Source: an uncultured Candidatus Binatia bacterium (lineage in GTDB: Bacteria > Desulfobacterota > Binatia > UBA9968 > CAXXLF01). From it: a DNA stretch of 64,000 nt. The position numbers and the translations under genes are program-made. Within the stretch, counting starts at the first letter, position 1. Every line of letters starts with the position of its first letter. The stretch is from positions 2,784,001 through 2,848,000 of the forward strand of contig OZ244621.1 in NCBI GenBank assembly GCA_965218425.1. Direction: 5' to 3'. Positions 18,748 through 28,417 of this stretch are shown piece after piece. The notes under the pieces were generated by a model that was given only the letters and a program-made list of their open reading frames with translations, was not told the DNA's origin and did not search any database.

Positions 18748-20208
18748 TTACCCCCAGGGTTCGAAGGGGATCTTATCCCATCTTGCGGGGTTGACGACTT
18801 CCATCGGATCGAATCGTTTAATCACTTCTTCGGGGATCGACAACCGCTCGGCGAATGGTTTTCCCAGGGGTTTGGTGCAATCGAAGCCAGCCTTACACAT
18901 GGTCATTCCGTCAGAACTAGGGTCAAGAGGAGAGCCTGTCATCCCGGGAAGGGAAATCAATCCGCGATCGGCCTGGAAACGCGTGGCCAAGGCCAGGAAA
19001 ACTTCCCGCTCATCGAAGATGTCCACGTCCTCATCAAAGACGAATGCATGCTTGTGGTCAAAAGACGAGCTCAGGGCCGCCGTGGCCGCCACTTTCCCCT
19101 GGCCCTCGACGGTCTTGCGGATCTGTATATAGCAGTGCGAGACACCTGAGCCCGACATGGGCACGTGGACTGCCTTTACCCCAGGAACTACACTTTGCAC
19201 GGTGCGAAAGATCATTCCCTCCTTGATCAGGCTGCTGATCCAGTGGGTGTGACCTACCATTACGTCGTCCCAATAGGCATTCCGCCGTTGAGTAATTCCC
19301 GTAACCTTCAATACCGGGCTCCAACGCTGGGGTCCCACGTGTCGCGTATACTCACCGAAGGGAGCTTCCGGTTTGCGTTGCCCTTTAACGATATATCCCT
19401 CAACAACCACATCCGCATCGGCAGGGACCAGGAATTCGTCTCCCAGGGTTTCAGACGGAACCAGTCTGAGGGGTATGCCAGATGTGCCACCTGCAGTTTC
19501 ATAGTGACTTTCGTCGGGCCCCACACGAGCCTGGGCACCCAGGAGAACCAGGGGATGGTGACCGATCCAATAAGCCGCCGGCATGTTCTCTCCAGCCTCC
19601 TCATATTGGCGAAGATTGTGCCGATTATGCGTGCTCGGTCCTAAAAAGACCCTAATTTCGTCTTTTCCTGCCAGCCAGCCGCGCTGCATGGCGGAGTTGT
19701 CAAGACCGGAGTAACGGTTGTAAGCGAGAAAGAAGCCTTCGGTGATGTACCGACCAGGATCCATGCGATGGTGCAGGAGGGCGGGTAGACGACGTACGTC
19801 GAGATCACTCCCTTTTTCCACCACCTCTTTAACCGCTGCCTCATGGCGCGGGACAACAACCGGTTTCATCCGCTTTTGCACACGGTCGTAACAGGTTAAT
19901 CCAGCGTTTCGGATATCTGCACCCAGGATCCGGGCCAAGCGTAGACGGCTGGACATTAAAAAGGTGACCACAGGCATATCCGCCTTTTGGCCGTTTACCG
20001 TAACGTTGTGGCAGACGAGGATTGGGAAACGGTGGTCCTTCTCCAGTTTCATGGCAAGGGCCGTAAGTTCCCATTCGGCTTTGATAGGCTTCTCAATATG
20101 GACTACCTCATCCGGGTACTGTTTCTCGTACTGCTCGATGAACGAATGGAGGTCGGTGCCAAAGGCACCGGCGGAAGGCTGGGCAGCGACACGCTCAGGT
20201 TTTGCCAT
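18748..20208 (-). CDS. UbiD-family decarboxylase, paralog 2
   Basis: Close paralog of 17035-18498; EAPFGEY. Confidence 0.92.
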   Translation of the reverse strand: MAKPERVAAQPSAGAFGTDLHSFIEQYEKQYPDEVVHIEKPIKAEWELTALAMKLEKDHRFPILVCHNVTVNGQKADMPVVTFLMSSRLRLARILGADIRNAGLTCYDRVQKRMKPVVVPRHEAAVKEVVEKGSDLDVRRLPALLHHRMDPGRYITEGFFLAYNRYSGLDNSAMQRGWLAGKDEIRVFLGPSTHNRHNLRQYEEAGENMPAAYWIGHHPLVLLGAQARVGPDESHYETAGGTSGIPLRLVPSETLGDEFLVPADADVVVEGYIVKGQRKPEAPFGEYTRHVGPQRWSPVLKVTGITQRRNAYWDDVMVGHTHWISSLIKEGMIFRTVQSVVPGVKAVHVPMSGSGVSHCYIQIRKTVEGQGKVAATAALSSSFDHKHAFVFDEDVDIFDEREVFLALATRFQADRGLISLPGMTGSPLDPSSDGMTMCKAGFDCTKPLGKPFAERLSIPEEVIKRFDPMEVVNPARWDKIPFEPWG

Positions 20209-20284
20209 TTCAATTTTCTCCTTTCTCGTTTTTTATCTGCGAGCGATTCAATATGAGTTCAAGGTGTTGATTCACAGTTTGAAA

Positions 20285-22702
20285 CTATTCGGCTTTTGGG
20301 CCGTATCGGGTTCCTTTGCTCGAAGCCACCTCCCACAAACGTGTGGGTGTGATGGGTAGAGTCGTGATGCGAATTCCCAGTGGCGCCAGTGCATCCTCTA
20401 CTGCGCCGGCAATGGCGGCCGGGGCTATGACCGCTCCCCCTTCACCGATACCTTTCGTGCCTAGGGCGGTAAAGGGCGATGGGGTTTCGTGATGGTCTCC
20501 TTCTATGGTGGGAACGTCAGCTGCGGTGGGTTTGAGATAGTCCATGAAGCTCGTGGTGAGAAGCTGACCCCTATCATCGTATACGAACTCCTCCAAGAGA
20601 GCCGCGGCAATACCATGTACGGCCGCCCCATGCACCTGGCCGTCGACGATTGCAGGGTTTATCTGACGCCCGCAGTCGTGGACGACGCCGTAACGTTTGA
20701 GCTCGATCTCAAAAGTCTCTGGATCCACCTCCACCACGGCTACATGGGCGGCACTGGCGAAGCCAAGCTGGACCCGGACCCTGTTTTTCTCATCGGGTTT
20801 CTTGGCCATAGGGTTCTTGTAATAATAGAGCGCTTCGAGGCCCGGTTCGCCGTCGGGTTGTTCTTCCGCAAGGCTCCAATAGGCGCGGCCGGCCAGTTGG
20901 GCGATGCTCACCCCTTTTTCCGGCGTGCCCCGAACTGAAATTTTTCCATCGCTGAGCTCCAGATCCTGAACGTCTGCTTCCAAATGATCGGCCGCCTTTC
21001 GCAGGAGTTTCTCACGGACCTTCTTGGCCGCACCAATGGCCGCCGCGGTGTCGTGACCGTTGAATTTGTTTGAATAGACTCCCGAAGTCATGACGGACGG
21101 ATGGCTCGCGCTGTCAAAGGTCATTGGGACGCGCACTTGTTCAATTTTCAAACCAAGCTCATCGGCTACGATCTGTGCCAGGGAGGTGGAATGACCCTGT
21201 CCGGCCTCCAGACTCCCGGTAAAAACGGATGCGGTTCCATCGGTCTCGATTCGGACCCTCGCCGCTTCACCCTGGCCGCTAAGCAGCTGAGAGGGCCCGC
21301 TAATCAGCATGCCATAACTGAGATTCGAACCACCGGGCTCCACGCCCATGGCGATACCAAAGCCCAGCATACGGCCTTGTTCCCGCGCCTTTGCTTGTTC
21401 CTGGAGAATCTTATCGTGGTCCATCAGTTTGAGGGCCTTGCGAAGAAGTTCGGGATAGTCCCCGCTGTCGTAGGTCTGACCGGAAGGGGTGTCATAGGGG
21501 AATTCATTGGGTTGGATAAAATTTCGCTTGCGAATATCGAGACGATCCATCTTGAGGGTGTTGGCAATTACATCCACGATCCGCTCCACGGAAAAACACA
21601 TAAAGGGTTTGCCGATACCGCGGTTCGCCACCACAGGACAGCAATTGGACAGCACGGAGTAACCTTCGTATGAGACCGCAGGTATCCGGTAACAGTTTAC
21701 TATATTGCTGAGCATGAGCAAATTGTGGCGTCCCGCAAAATCAATTCCCGCCCCTTCATTCTCGATGTTGCGAAACTTGAGGCCAAGAATCGTACCGTCG
21801 GACTTGACGGCCGCGGCGACGTCCATAACGCCGTCCGCAGCGTGCCCCAGGGCCAGCAGGCTTTCACGGCGGTCCTCAATCCACTTCACAGGTCTTTTTG
21901 CCTCCCGTGCCAGCAGTGCGAGGATGATGAGAAACAACGGGCGAACCTTATTGCCAAAGGCGCCGCCCATGGGGGGCACGATAAAACGCACCTGTCCCGT
22001 GGAGATACCCAAGGAAGCGCACACGGCCTGACGATCCTGGCTGGGCTGTTGCGTATGACCCCAGATGGTAAACGCCTCGGTGGCTGGCTCGTATTGAACC
22101 ATGACGCCAAAGGTTTCCAAGGGTGTTGAGGAGTAGCGGTGGATGGTGAAGCGTTCCTGGATCACTTGATCGGCCTGGGTAAAGGCTCCCTCCACGTCGC
22201 CGTAGGGGAAGGTGTCGTGCCACAGCACGTTGGTTTCCAGCTCTTCGAACACCATGGAGGCATCCGGCTTGAGCGCCTCTTCCGGATGAACCACGGCAGG
22301 CAGCGGCTCGTATTCGATATCAATCAGATCCAGCACATCCTCTGCCGTAGCTCTATCAATGGCTGCAACGGCCACCACAGGCTCGCCTACGTAGCGTACC
22401 TTTTCGTAGGCCAAGGCGTAAACCTTTGGCGAAAATTGCAGGGGAACCCGACCCCTCTGGGGTCGCGTCAACCGGGCCACGTCCTCGCCGGTCATTACAG
22501 CGAAGACACCCGCGTGGGCCCGGGCGTGGCTGACATCTATACGTAGAATCTTTGCGTGTGCATAGGGACTCCGGAGGTAAGCGGCATGGGCCAGCCCCGG
22601 CAGGACCAGGTCATCGATGAACTGCCCTCGGCTGACCAAAAGGGCGCGGTCTTCCGTGCGCCGGACTGACTGACCTACCCATTTCGGCGCCATGGTGGTC
22701 AT
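20285..22702 (-). CDS. Molybdenum hydroxylase (xanthine oxidase family) large subunit L1
   Basis: RSPYAHA, MGGAFG, loop VANRGIGKP, KGIGEGG. Confidence 0.92.
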   Translation of the reverse strand: MTTMAPKWVGQSVRRTEDRALLVSRGQFIDDLVLPGLAHAAYLRSPYAHAKILRIDVSHARAHAGVFAVMTGEDVARLTRPQRGRVPLQFSPKVYALAYEKVRYVGEPVVAVAAIDRATAEDVLDLIDIEYEPLPAVVHPEEALKPDASMVFEELETNVLWHDTFPYGDVEGAFTQADQVIQERFTIHRYSSTPLETFGVMVQYEPATEAFTIWGHTQQPSQDRQAVCASLGISTGQVRFIVPPMGGAFGNKVRPLFLIILALLAREAKRPVKWIEDRRESLLALGHAADGVMDVAAAVKSDGTILGLKFRNIENEGAGIDFAGRHNLLMLSNIVNCYRIPAVSYEGYSVLSNCCPVVANRGIGKPFMCFSVERIVDVIANTLKMDRLDIRKRNFIQPNEFPYDTPSGQTYDSGDYPELLRKALKLMDHDKILQEQAKAREQGRMLGFGIAMGVEPGGSNLSYGMLISGPSQLLSGQGEAARVRIETDGTASVFTGSLEAGQGHSTSLAQIVADELGLKIEQVRVPMTFDSASHPSVMTSGVYSNKFNGHDTAAAIGAAKKVREKLLRKAADHLEADVQDLELSDGKISVRGTPEKGVSIAQLAGRAYWSLAEEQPDGEPGLEALYYYKNPMAKKPDEKNRVRVQLGFASAAHVAVVEVDPETFEIELKRYGVVHDCGRQINPAIVDGQVHGAAVHGIAAALLEEFVYDDRGQLLTTSFMDYLKPTAADVPTIEGDHHETPSPFTALGTKGIGEGGAVIAPAAIAGAVEDALAPLGIRITTLPITPTRLWEVASSKGTRYGPKAE

Positions 22703-23196
22703 GCCGGCCCTTTTTCTTTTGAGCTTGCGCCGGCCTGTGCAGCCGCATGTACAGCTCTGACAATATTAACGTAGCCGGTACACATGCAGAGATTACCGGA
22801 AAGTCCTGCCCGAATTTCTTCCTCGGTGGGGGAGGGGTTCTGCCGCAGGAGTTCAAGGGCGGCGAGGAGCATGCCGGGCGTGCAAAAGCCACACTGCAGG
22901 GCATGGTGTTTTTGAAAAGCCTGTTGGAGTGGATGGAGCCCATTTTCAGTTGCAAGACCTTCGATGGTGGTGATCTCCGCCCTGTTGGCCTGCACCGCGA
23001 ACAGAAGGCACGACCGTACGGTTTGTCCGTTCATCAGCACGGTGCATGCCCCGCAGACTCCATGTTCGCAGCCCACATGAGTTCCGGTGAGTCCTAATTC
23101 GGAGCGCAGGAAATCAACCAGGGACACGCGGGGTTCAGCGTTCCCCGTGTGAGGAGTTCCGTTAACAGTGAAGGATATGGAAATATTTTCTGCCAT
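22699..23196 (-). CDS. Mo-hydroxylase small (2Fe-2S) subunit
   Basis: GCEHGVCGAC, QCGFCTPG, NLCMCTGY; overlaps the L1 start. Confidence 0.95.
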   Translation of the reverse strand: MAENISISFTVNGTPHTGNAEPRVSLVDFLRSELGLTGTHVGCEHGVCGACTVLMNGQTVRSCLLFAVQANRAEITTIEGLATENGLHPLQQAFQKHHALQCGFCTPGMLLAALELLRQNPSPTEEEIRAGLSGNLCMCTGYVNIVRAVHAAAQAGASSKEKGPA

Positions 23197-23205
23197 GGGA
23201 GTGAC

Positions 23206-24072
23206 TTATGCAGCACGAGCCTGCGCTGTTTCCAGGGCCCGGCGCACGAGTACGGAGGAAAGGTGGCGGCGGTAGCCGGCGGATGCATGGATGTCGCTTT
23301 CGGGATCGATCTCAGAGGCCGCCAATTCACCCGCTTCACGAAAGAGCGCAGCGGTTGGCTGTTCCCCCATCAGGAGCTGCTCCGCAGCGCTGGATCGGAC
23401 TGGGGCAGGCCCCACGCCTCCGAGGGCGATTCTGCTAAAGACTGTCCTCTGCTGTTTATCAAGTCGAAGGAGCGCCGCCACTGCTATAATGGCAAAGTCA
23501 CCATGACGACGTGCATACTCGCTAAAACACCAACCCGTCCCCTTGGGTGGAGTATGCAGAGAGATTCCCACCAGCAACTCATGGGGCTCCATTGCGGTTG
23601 TCAGGTATCCTAAGTAGAACTCTTCAGGCTTGAGCTTACGTTTTCCCTTTTTGCTCCGAAGTTGTAACTCAGCGTCCAAGGCTAGGGTGATCAGCGGGAG
23701 TTCGGCAGCAGGGTCGGCATGGACCACGCTCCCCCCGATGGTGCCGCGATTTCGGATGGCCGGATGGCCCACAAGACGAATGGCGTCCGTAAGGATGGGT
23801 AGTTGTCGTGCCACCTGGGGTGAAAACTCCACGTCACGGTGCCTTGCCATGGCACCGAGGGTAACCTTGCGGCCAGTGACCTTGATATTGGCCAGATCCC
23901 CCAAGCCGTTAATGTCGAGAAGGTATGAGGGACGCATAAGCCTGAAATTCATCAGCGGAACCAAGCTTTGGCCCCCGGCCAGGATCTTCACCTCTGGGCC
24001 GTATTCTTGTAACAGGGTTAGCGCCTCGTTCAGGCTCTTTGGCGCAAGGTAAGTGAAGGGCGCTGGCTTCAT
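23206..24072 (-). CDS. Mo-hydroxylase medium (FAD) subunit
   Basis: MKPAPF, LAGGQSL, IRNRGTIGGS, RRHGDFA. Confidence 0.95.
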   Translation of the reverse strand: MKPAPFTYLAPKSLNEALTLLQEYGPEVKILAGGQSLVPLMNFRLMRPSYLLDINGLGDLANIKVTGRKVTLGAMARHRDVEFSPQVARQLPILTDAIRLVGHPAIRNRGTIGGSVVHADPAAELPLITLALDAELQLRSKKGKRKLKPEEFYLGYLTTAMEPHELLVGISLHTPPKGTGWCFSEYARRHGDFAIIAVAALLRLDKQQRTVFSRIALGGVGPAPVRSSAAEQLLMGEQPTAALFREAGELAASEIDPESDIHASAGYRRHLSSVLVRRALETAQARAA

Positions 24073-24082
24073 CTGGGGTCTG

Positions 24083-24895
24083 CTAGTAGAGCTCCCCCTT
24101 GAGGTACTGAAGCGCAATCTTATTGAACTCGTTCGGGTACTCGGTCTGCGGATGAAGCCCACAGCTGGACATGGAGTAAAACCGGCTTCCCGGCGTTAAC
24201 GCATAGCCTTTGAGCGCCTGCTCGATGGGGAGCACTTGGCTCTCTCGGCCCACCACGAAGAGGACGGGCACCTTGATCTCGGCCAGTTGGGGCCTACAGT
24301 TGGGAACGTCCATGGGATAACCACCCAGCTTGTTGTAAGCATCGTACTGACGCGCACTGTCCTTCAAGTATTGCTCGAAGACCTCGGGGGGAACCGAACG
24401 GTCCGTGGAGAAGTAACTCCTTGCTAGCATGGCCTTGAGATTTTCTTTGGTGGCCTGGTAATTTGCGTAAGGGGCCAATGCTTTCTCTTCCAGTTCCGGA
24501 GGGATTCCACCACCGGCATTACCGATGAGAATGATCCGTCCCACCCTTTCCGGATGCTCATGTCCCAAGGTGATGGCGATCAATCCACCCCGGCAGTTGC
24601 CCACCAGATGGGTCTTCTTGATGCCCACGGCATCCATGAAGTCGAACATATGCTTGACGTAGGCCGGATGCTTCAGTAGGGCCTTGGGAGAATCGGTCTG
24701 TCCGAAACCAATAATATCTACCGCATAGATTTTGAAATGCTCGCTCAGCGGCTCAATGGTATGCCGGTATTCCAGGCCTCCGCCCGTGCCGGGATCGGCC
24801 GAGTGCATCATTACCACCGGGTCGCCCTGGCCGGCTTCCCAATAATGGGTCCGATACTCACCTGCTTGAACGAATCCTTCCTTCGCCTTTCCCAT
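24083..24895 (-). CDS. Alpha/beta hydrolase (C-C hydrolase-like) with Cys at the nucleophile elbow
   Basis: DIIGFGQT, HLVGNCRGG, CGLHPQTEYP. Confidence 0.85.
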   Translation of the reverse strand: MGKAKEGFVQAGEYRTHYWEAGQGDPVVMMHSADPGTGGGLEYRHTIEPLSEHFKIYAVDIIGFGQTDSPKALLKHPAYVKHMFDFMDAVGIKKTHLVGNCRGGLIAITLGHEHPERVGRIILIGNAGGGIPPELEEKALAPYANYQATKENLKAMLARSYFSTDRSVPPEVFEQYLKDSARQYDAYNKLGGYPMDVPNCRPQLAEIKVPVLFVVGRESQVLPIEQALKGYALTPGSRFYSMSSCGLHPQTEYPNEFNKIALQYLKGELY

Positions 24896-25137
24896 ATGAA
24901 TTAACCTCCTGTCTGATTCTTACATATCAAATGTTCAACACAACGACCTCAACGAAATTCTTCGCCCCAAGATCGTAAGGAGCATTAAGCCGCGGATCAT
25001 TTATACTTTATCATCCCCCAAGATGGACACAGACGGGTCATGGCAAGGAGCACAGCGCATTGGGTCCGGACGGTTGCCCCCTGAATACTCCATGCGCTTA
25101 GCGCGGTCGTCTCCGTGGCGAAATGTCCGAATCCTTG

Positions 25138-25164
25138 CGTTTTTCGTCTTGCGCGAGTCATTTT
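25138..25164. repeat. Left arm of an imperfect inverted repeat flanking L2
   Basis: cgtttttcgtcttgcgcgagtcatttt; 25/28 match to the reverse complement of 27758-27785. Confidence 0.65.
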
Positions 25165-25177
25165 TTTATTTGTTGTC

Positions 25178-27604
25178 TCAATCCTGTTTTTTAGCAGAGC
25201 GAATCAATTCCCAGAGTCGTAGGGGCGATGCTGGGATGGTTCGACATCGGACGCCAAGAGGAGTCAATGCATCATTGATGGCGTTAAGCATTACTGCCGG
25301 TGTGGCCAGCACGGCGTTTTCGCCAGCACCCTTGACCCCCATGGGTGAAAAAGGAGAAGGGGTTTCGGTAAAGTTACGCTCGGTCATTGGCACTTCCCAG
25401 ATTGTAGGCATCAGGTAGTCCATAAAAGTGGAGCTCAAGTATTGACCCTTTTCGTCGTAGGCATGTTCCTCTAGTAGAGTTTGTCCTATGCCCTGAGCCA
25501 CCGCGCCCTGGGTCATGCCTTCCACCACGGCAGGCTGCAACCTCACTCCGCAGTCGTCGGAAATTGCGTACTTGAGAATCTTAACCTGTCCAGTTTCGCG
25601 ATCAACTTCAACCATGACTACATGGGCCGTGTTGGCCGCCGTCAGGTCAAAACTTCCTCTACCTTCGGCATCGGGCAGCTTGGGGTTCGGTGGATTATAG
25701 GTATAGCTGGCCTCGGGATTGCCATCCACGTCCTCGGGCAGCAGATCGGATCGCGACAGCATGGCGGCAACCACTTTCTGCATCGGCATGGCCTTGTCAG
25801 GAGAACCCTTCACTTGCAGGTTCCCGTTCATGAGTTCCACGTCTTCCGCGTCCACCTCCATGAGCACGCTCGCCACCTTGCGAAGCTTGTCCGCAACCCG
25901 GCCGGCCGCGCCCAGCATGGCGCCGGAGAGCATGACCGCCTGGCGGCTACCGATGGGGCCCGTGCCTGGTCCGGCCGCTAGGCTATCCACGGTCACCACC
26001 TGGACGTGATCCCGTTGGACACCGAAATAATCGGCCAGAATGCTGGTGGCAAAACTATGTTGACCTTGACCCTCCCAAGGGAAGCTTACCTCGGCAAAGA
26101 TCTTGCCGGTCATGTCGATTCTCACACGGGCACTCTCAGGCATGGAGGTGCCAAAGGGTGAGTTTGGTCCCAATAGGGTGAATATGCTCATGGATACCGC
26201 ACTGAGCTCTACGCCAGTGTAGACACCGACCCCCACGAGCCGTCCCTGGGAACGGGCCTCCCGTTGTTGATTACGGAGTTCTTGGTAGCCGGCGAGGTCC
26301 AAGGCCAGGTCCAACGTGTGCTCGTAGTTGCCGCTGTCGTATCTCGCCCCGTTGGGTGCCACGTAGGGAAACTGCTCGGGTCTTAGCAGATTGCGCCGGC
26401 GGATCTCCGCCGGGTCGAGCTTTAACTCCCGTGCGGCCAGGTCGACGCAATGTTCCACTGCGAGATTGTGGGTTGGAACACCCCAACCTCGGTAGGAGCC
26501 CTGCGGGCATTTGTTCGTTGCAACCACCGTCAAATCGTACTGCGCATGGCGTATGCGGTAGGGGCCCGTAAAGCATGATACGGGTTTCAAGGCTTTGCCC
26601 ACCGCCACGGAAGCGGCATACCCACCCATGTCGTCGAGTACCTTGATTTTCAAGGCGGTGATTTCTCCGTCGCGGGTCAGCGCCATTTCAGCGGTAACAT
26701 TGCGGTCGGGACCATGGGTATAGCTCCCCCTGAGATGCTCAACCCTATCTTCGATCCACTTCACCGGTCGCCCTCCCGCTTTACGGGAAAGGAGGGCCAT
26801 TCGAATAACGGCATGGGGATAAATCTTTGTGCCAAAGGAGCCGCCATGAGGCAGGGGAACCAAACGGGTCTTGTTCGCTGGAATTCGAAGCCCGCTGCTA
26901 ACAGTTGGCGTGAAAAAGCCGGTGCCCTGAAAGCCGCCCCATGCGGTCACCGATTGCTCCGCTGGATTCCATTGGGCAATGCAACCGATGGTCTCGATGG
27001 GATTGCCGCTGGCGCGGTGCCAGCGCAGGTCGTCTTTGACCACGAGATGGGCCTTGGCGAAGGCCTCATCTACTTCGCCGAAGGTGAAGACCCGCTGGTA
27101 GATGACATTGGTCCCATGTGTTTCCCAGACCAGAGGACTGGAGGGCTCCAGGGCCTTGGCCGGATCCACCACCGGCGATAGTATTTCATACTCCACCTCA
27201 ACCAGGTCCAGAGCATCCTCCGCGATGTAGCGACTGGTGGCGGCCACGGCCGCAATGGGTTCGCCCACGAAACGAACCTTGTCTTTGGCCAGACAGTGAC
27301 CAGCCCAACCATTGGGAAAGCCGGACACGGGTCCCGACCATTGTTCTGCGTACTCACCTGTAATAACGCACGTGACTCCTTTGAGCTTTTCCGCCTTGGA
27401 GGTGTCGATGCGTTTGATGCGGGCGTGGGCGTGGGGACTCTGGAGGACCGCAGCGTGTAGCATATTGGGCAAGGAGAGATTATTGGTAAACTGGGCGGTC
27501 CCGGTCAGCAATGCACTATCTTCAACCCGCGGTACGTCTTTTCCTACGTATCGTGGTTGGGTCACGGGTAATTCGTTGGGATGGTGAGGAATATTTTGCG
27601 CCAT
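25178..27604 (-). CDS. Molybdenum hydroxylase large subunit L2
   Basis: QSPHAHA, HGGSFG, loop GSYRGWGVP, KGAGE. Confidence 0.92.
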   Translation of the reverse strand: MAQNIPHHPNELPVTQPRYVGKDVPRVEDSALLTGTAQFTNNLSLPNMLHAAVLQSPHAHARIKRIDTSKAEKLKGVTCVITGEYAEQWSGPVSGFPNGWAGHCLAKDKVRFVGEPIAAVAATSRYIAEDALDLVEVEYEILSPVVDPAKALEPSSPLVWETHGTNVIYQRVFTFGEVDEAFAKAHLVVKDDLRWHRASGNPIETIGCIAQWNPAEQSVTAWGGFQGTGFFTPTVSSGLRIPANKTRLVPLPHGGSFGTKIYPHAVIRMALLSRKAGGRPVKWIEDRVEHLRGSYTHGPDRNVTAEMALTRDGEITALKIKVLDDMGGYAASVAVGKALKPVSCFTGPYRIRHAQYDLTVVATNKCPQGSYRGWGVPTHNLAVEHCVDLAARELKLDPAEIRRRNLLRPEQFPYVAPNGARYDSGNYEHTLDLALDLAGYQELRNQQREARSQGRLVGVGVYTGVELSAVSMSIFTLLGPNSPFGTSMPESARVRIDMTGKIFAEVSFPWEGQGQHSFATSILADYFGVQRDHVQVVTVDSLAAGPGTGPIGSRQAVMLSGAMLGAAGRVADKLRKVASVLMEVDAEDVELMNGNLQVKGSPDKAMPMQKVVAAMLSRSDLLPEDVDGNPEASYTYNPPNPKLPDAEGRGSFDLTAANTAHVVMVEVDRETGQVKILKYAISDDCGVRLQPAVVEGMTQGAVAQGIGQTLLEEHAYDEKGQYLSSTFMDYLMPTIWEVPMTERNFTETPSPFSPMGVKGAGENAVLATPAVMLNAINDALTPLGVRCRTIPASPLRLWELIRSAKKQD

Positions 27605-27686
27605 GTCAGTCAGCTATGTTCCTAAATTTTATTGAAGGCTTAGCGAGATAGTGATTGCTAAAATCTCGTAGCCGTTTCGAGCATGC

Positions 27687-27715
27687 CGTATAACATCCCT
27701 GTGCTAAGTTGTCAA
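27687..27715 (-). promoter_or_regulatory. Putative sigma-70 promoter of the L2 operon
   Basis: TTGACA-17-TATACG with TGn extension. Confidence 0.6.
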
Positions 27716-27735
27716 ACTTACGAGTAAAATCACTT

Positions 27736-27756
27736 CAGATTTGGATTGCAAATCTG
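27736..27756. promoter_or_regulatory. Palindromic operator-like site
   Basis: CAGATTTG-N5-CAAATCTG, 20 bp upstream of the -35 box. Confidence 0.5.
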
Positions 27757-27757
27757 G

Positions 27758-27785
27758 AAAATGACCCGCGCAAAGACGCAAAACG
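27758..27785. repeat. Right arm of the inverted repeat flanking L2
   Basis: aaaatgacccgcgcaaagacgcaaaacg. Confidence 0.65.
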
Positions 27786-27990
27786 TATGGCGCCTATTAC
27801 TGAGGACTGAGTGGGGATTAAGAATAGGGTGAAGGGTGTGGCGTGTAGGAGGAGGTGAAGTCCAAACCCTACACTCTACCTGACCGTCGAACCCTTAATA
27901 CTAATCTCTGAATCAGGACGCTATACGCTTTGCGCTCTGCTCTTTACCATTTTTATCTGCGTTAATCTGCGGCTAGTCACTCTTCCTCTA

Positions 27991-28365
27991 CTATTTGTCC
28001 GACGCGTGAAGTTGTTGGTAGTTGCCCTCTGAGTCAAAGAAGTAAACGGCCCGACCGCTCTCACGGCCAACAGGACCTTCGTGAAAGTAACCCTCGGCTT
28101 TTAGGAAAGCCACGGCCTGGTCGAAGGTTCCGGGAGCCACTTCAAAGGCCTGGTGAGTGATACCGTCCTCCTTGAGCGAATTGCGATTCAAGGGACGCGG
28201 GCGGCGAAATAGCACCACATCTGCATTGCCACACTTCAGCCTGGAACCTCCTTCCGCGATTCGATGCCCGCCGCTCATGCCAAGAATCTTAGTGTAGAAA
28301 CGCTCCGCCCGATCGAGATCGTCCACCGGAATTCCCATATGGTAGATACCAACCGTTTGAATCAT
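27991..28365 (-). CDS. VOC/glyoxalase family protein
   Basis: GIYHMGIPVDDLDRAERFY, HQAF, VYFFDSEGN. Confidence 0.9.
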   Translation of the reverse strand: MIQTVGIYHMGIPVDDLDRAERFYTKILGMSGGHRIAEGGSRLKCGNADVVLFRRPRPLNRNSLKEDGITHQAFEVAPGTFDQAVAFLKAEGYFHEGPVGRESGRAVYFFDSEGNYQQLHASDK

Positions 28366-28417
28366 ATTTCCACCTCCTTCTTGTATGGGTAACTGGCAAA
28401 TCCTTTAGAACTGCGGG

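Noticed and set aside
27790..27980. Structured ncRNA or riboswitch
   Set aside because: Only degenerate short repeats; no conserved riboswitch motif recognised
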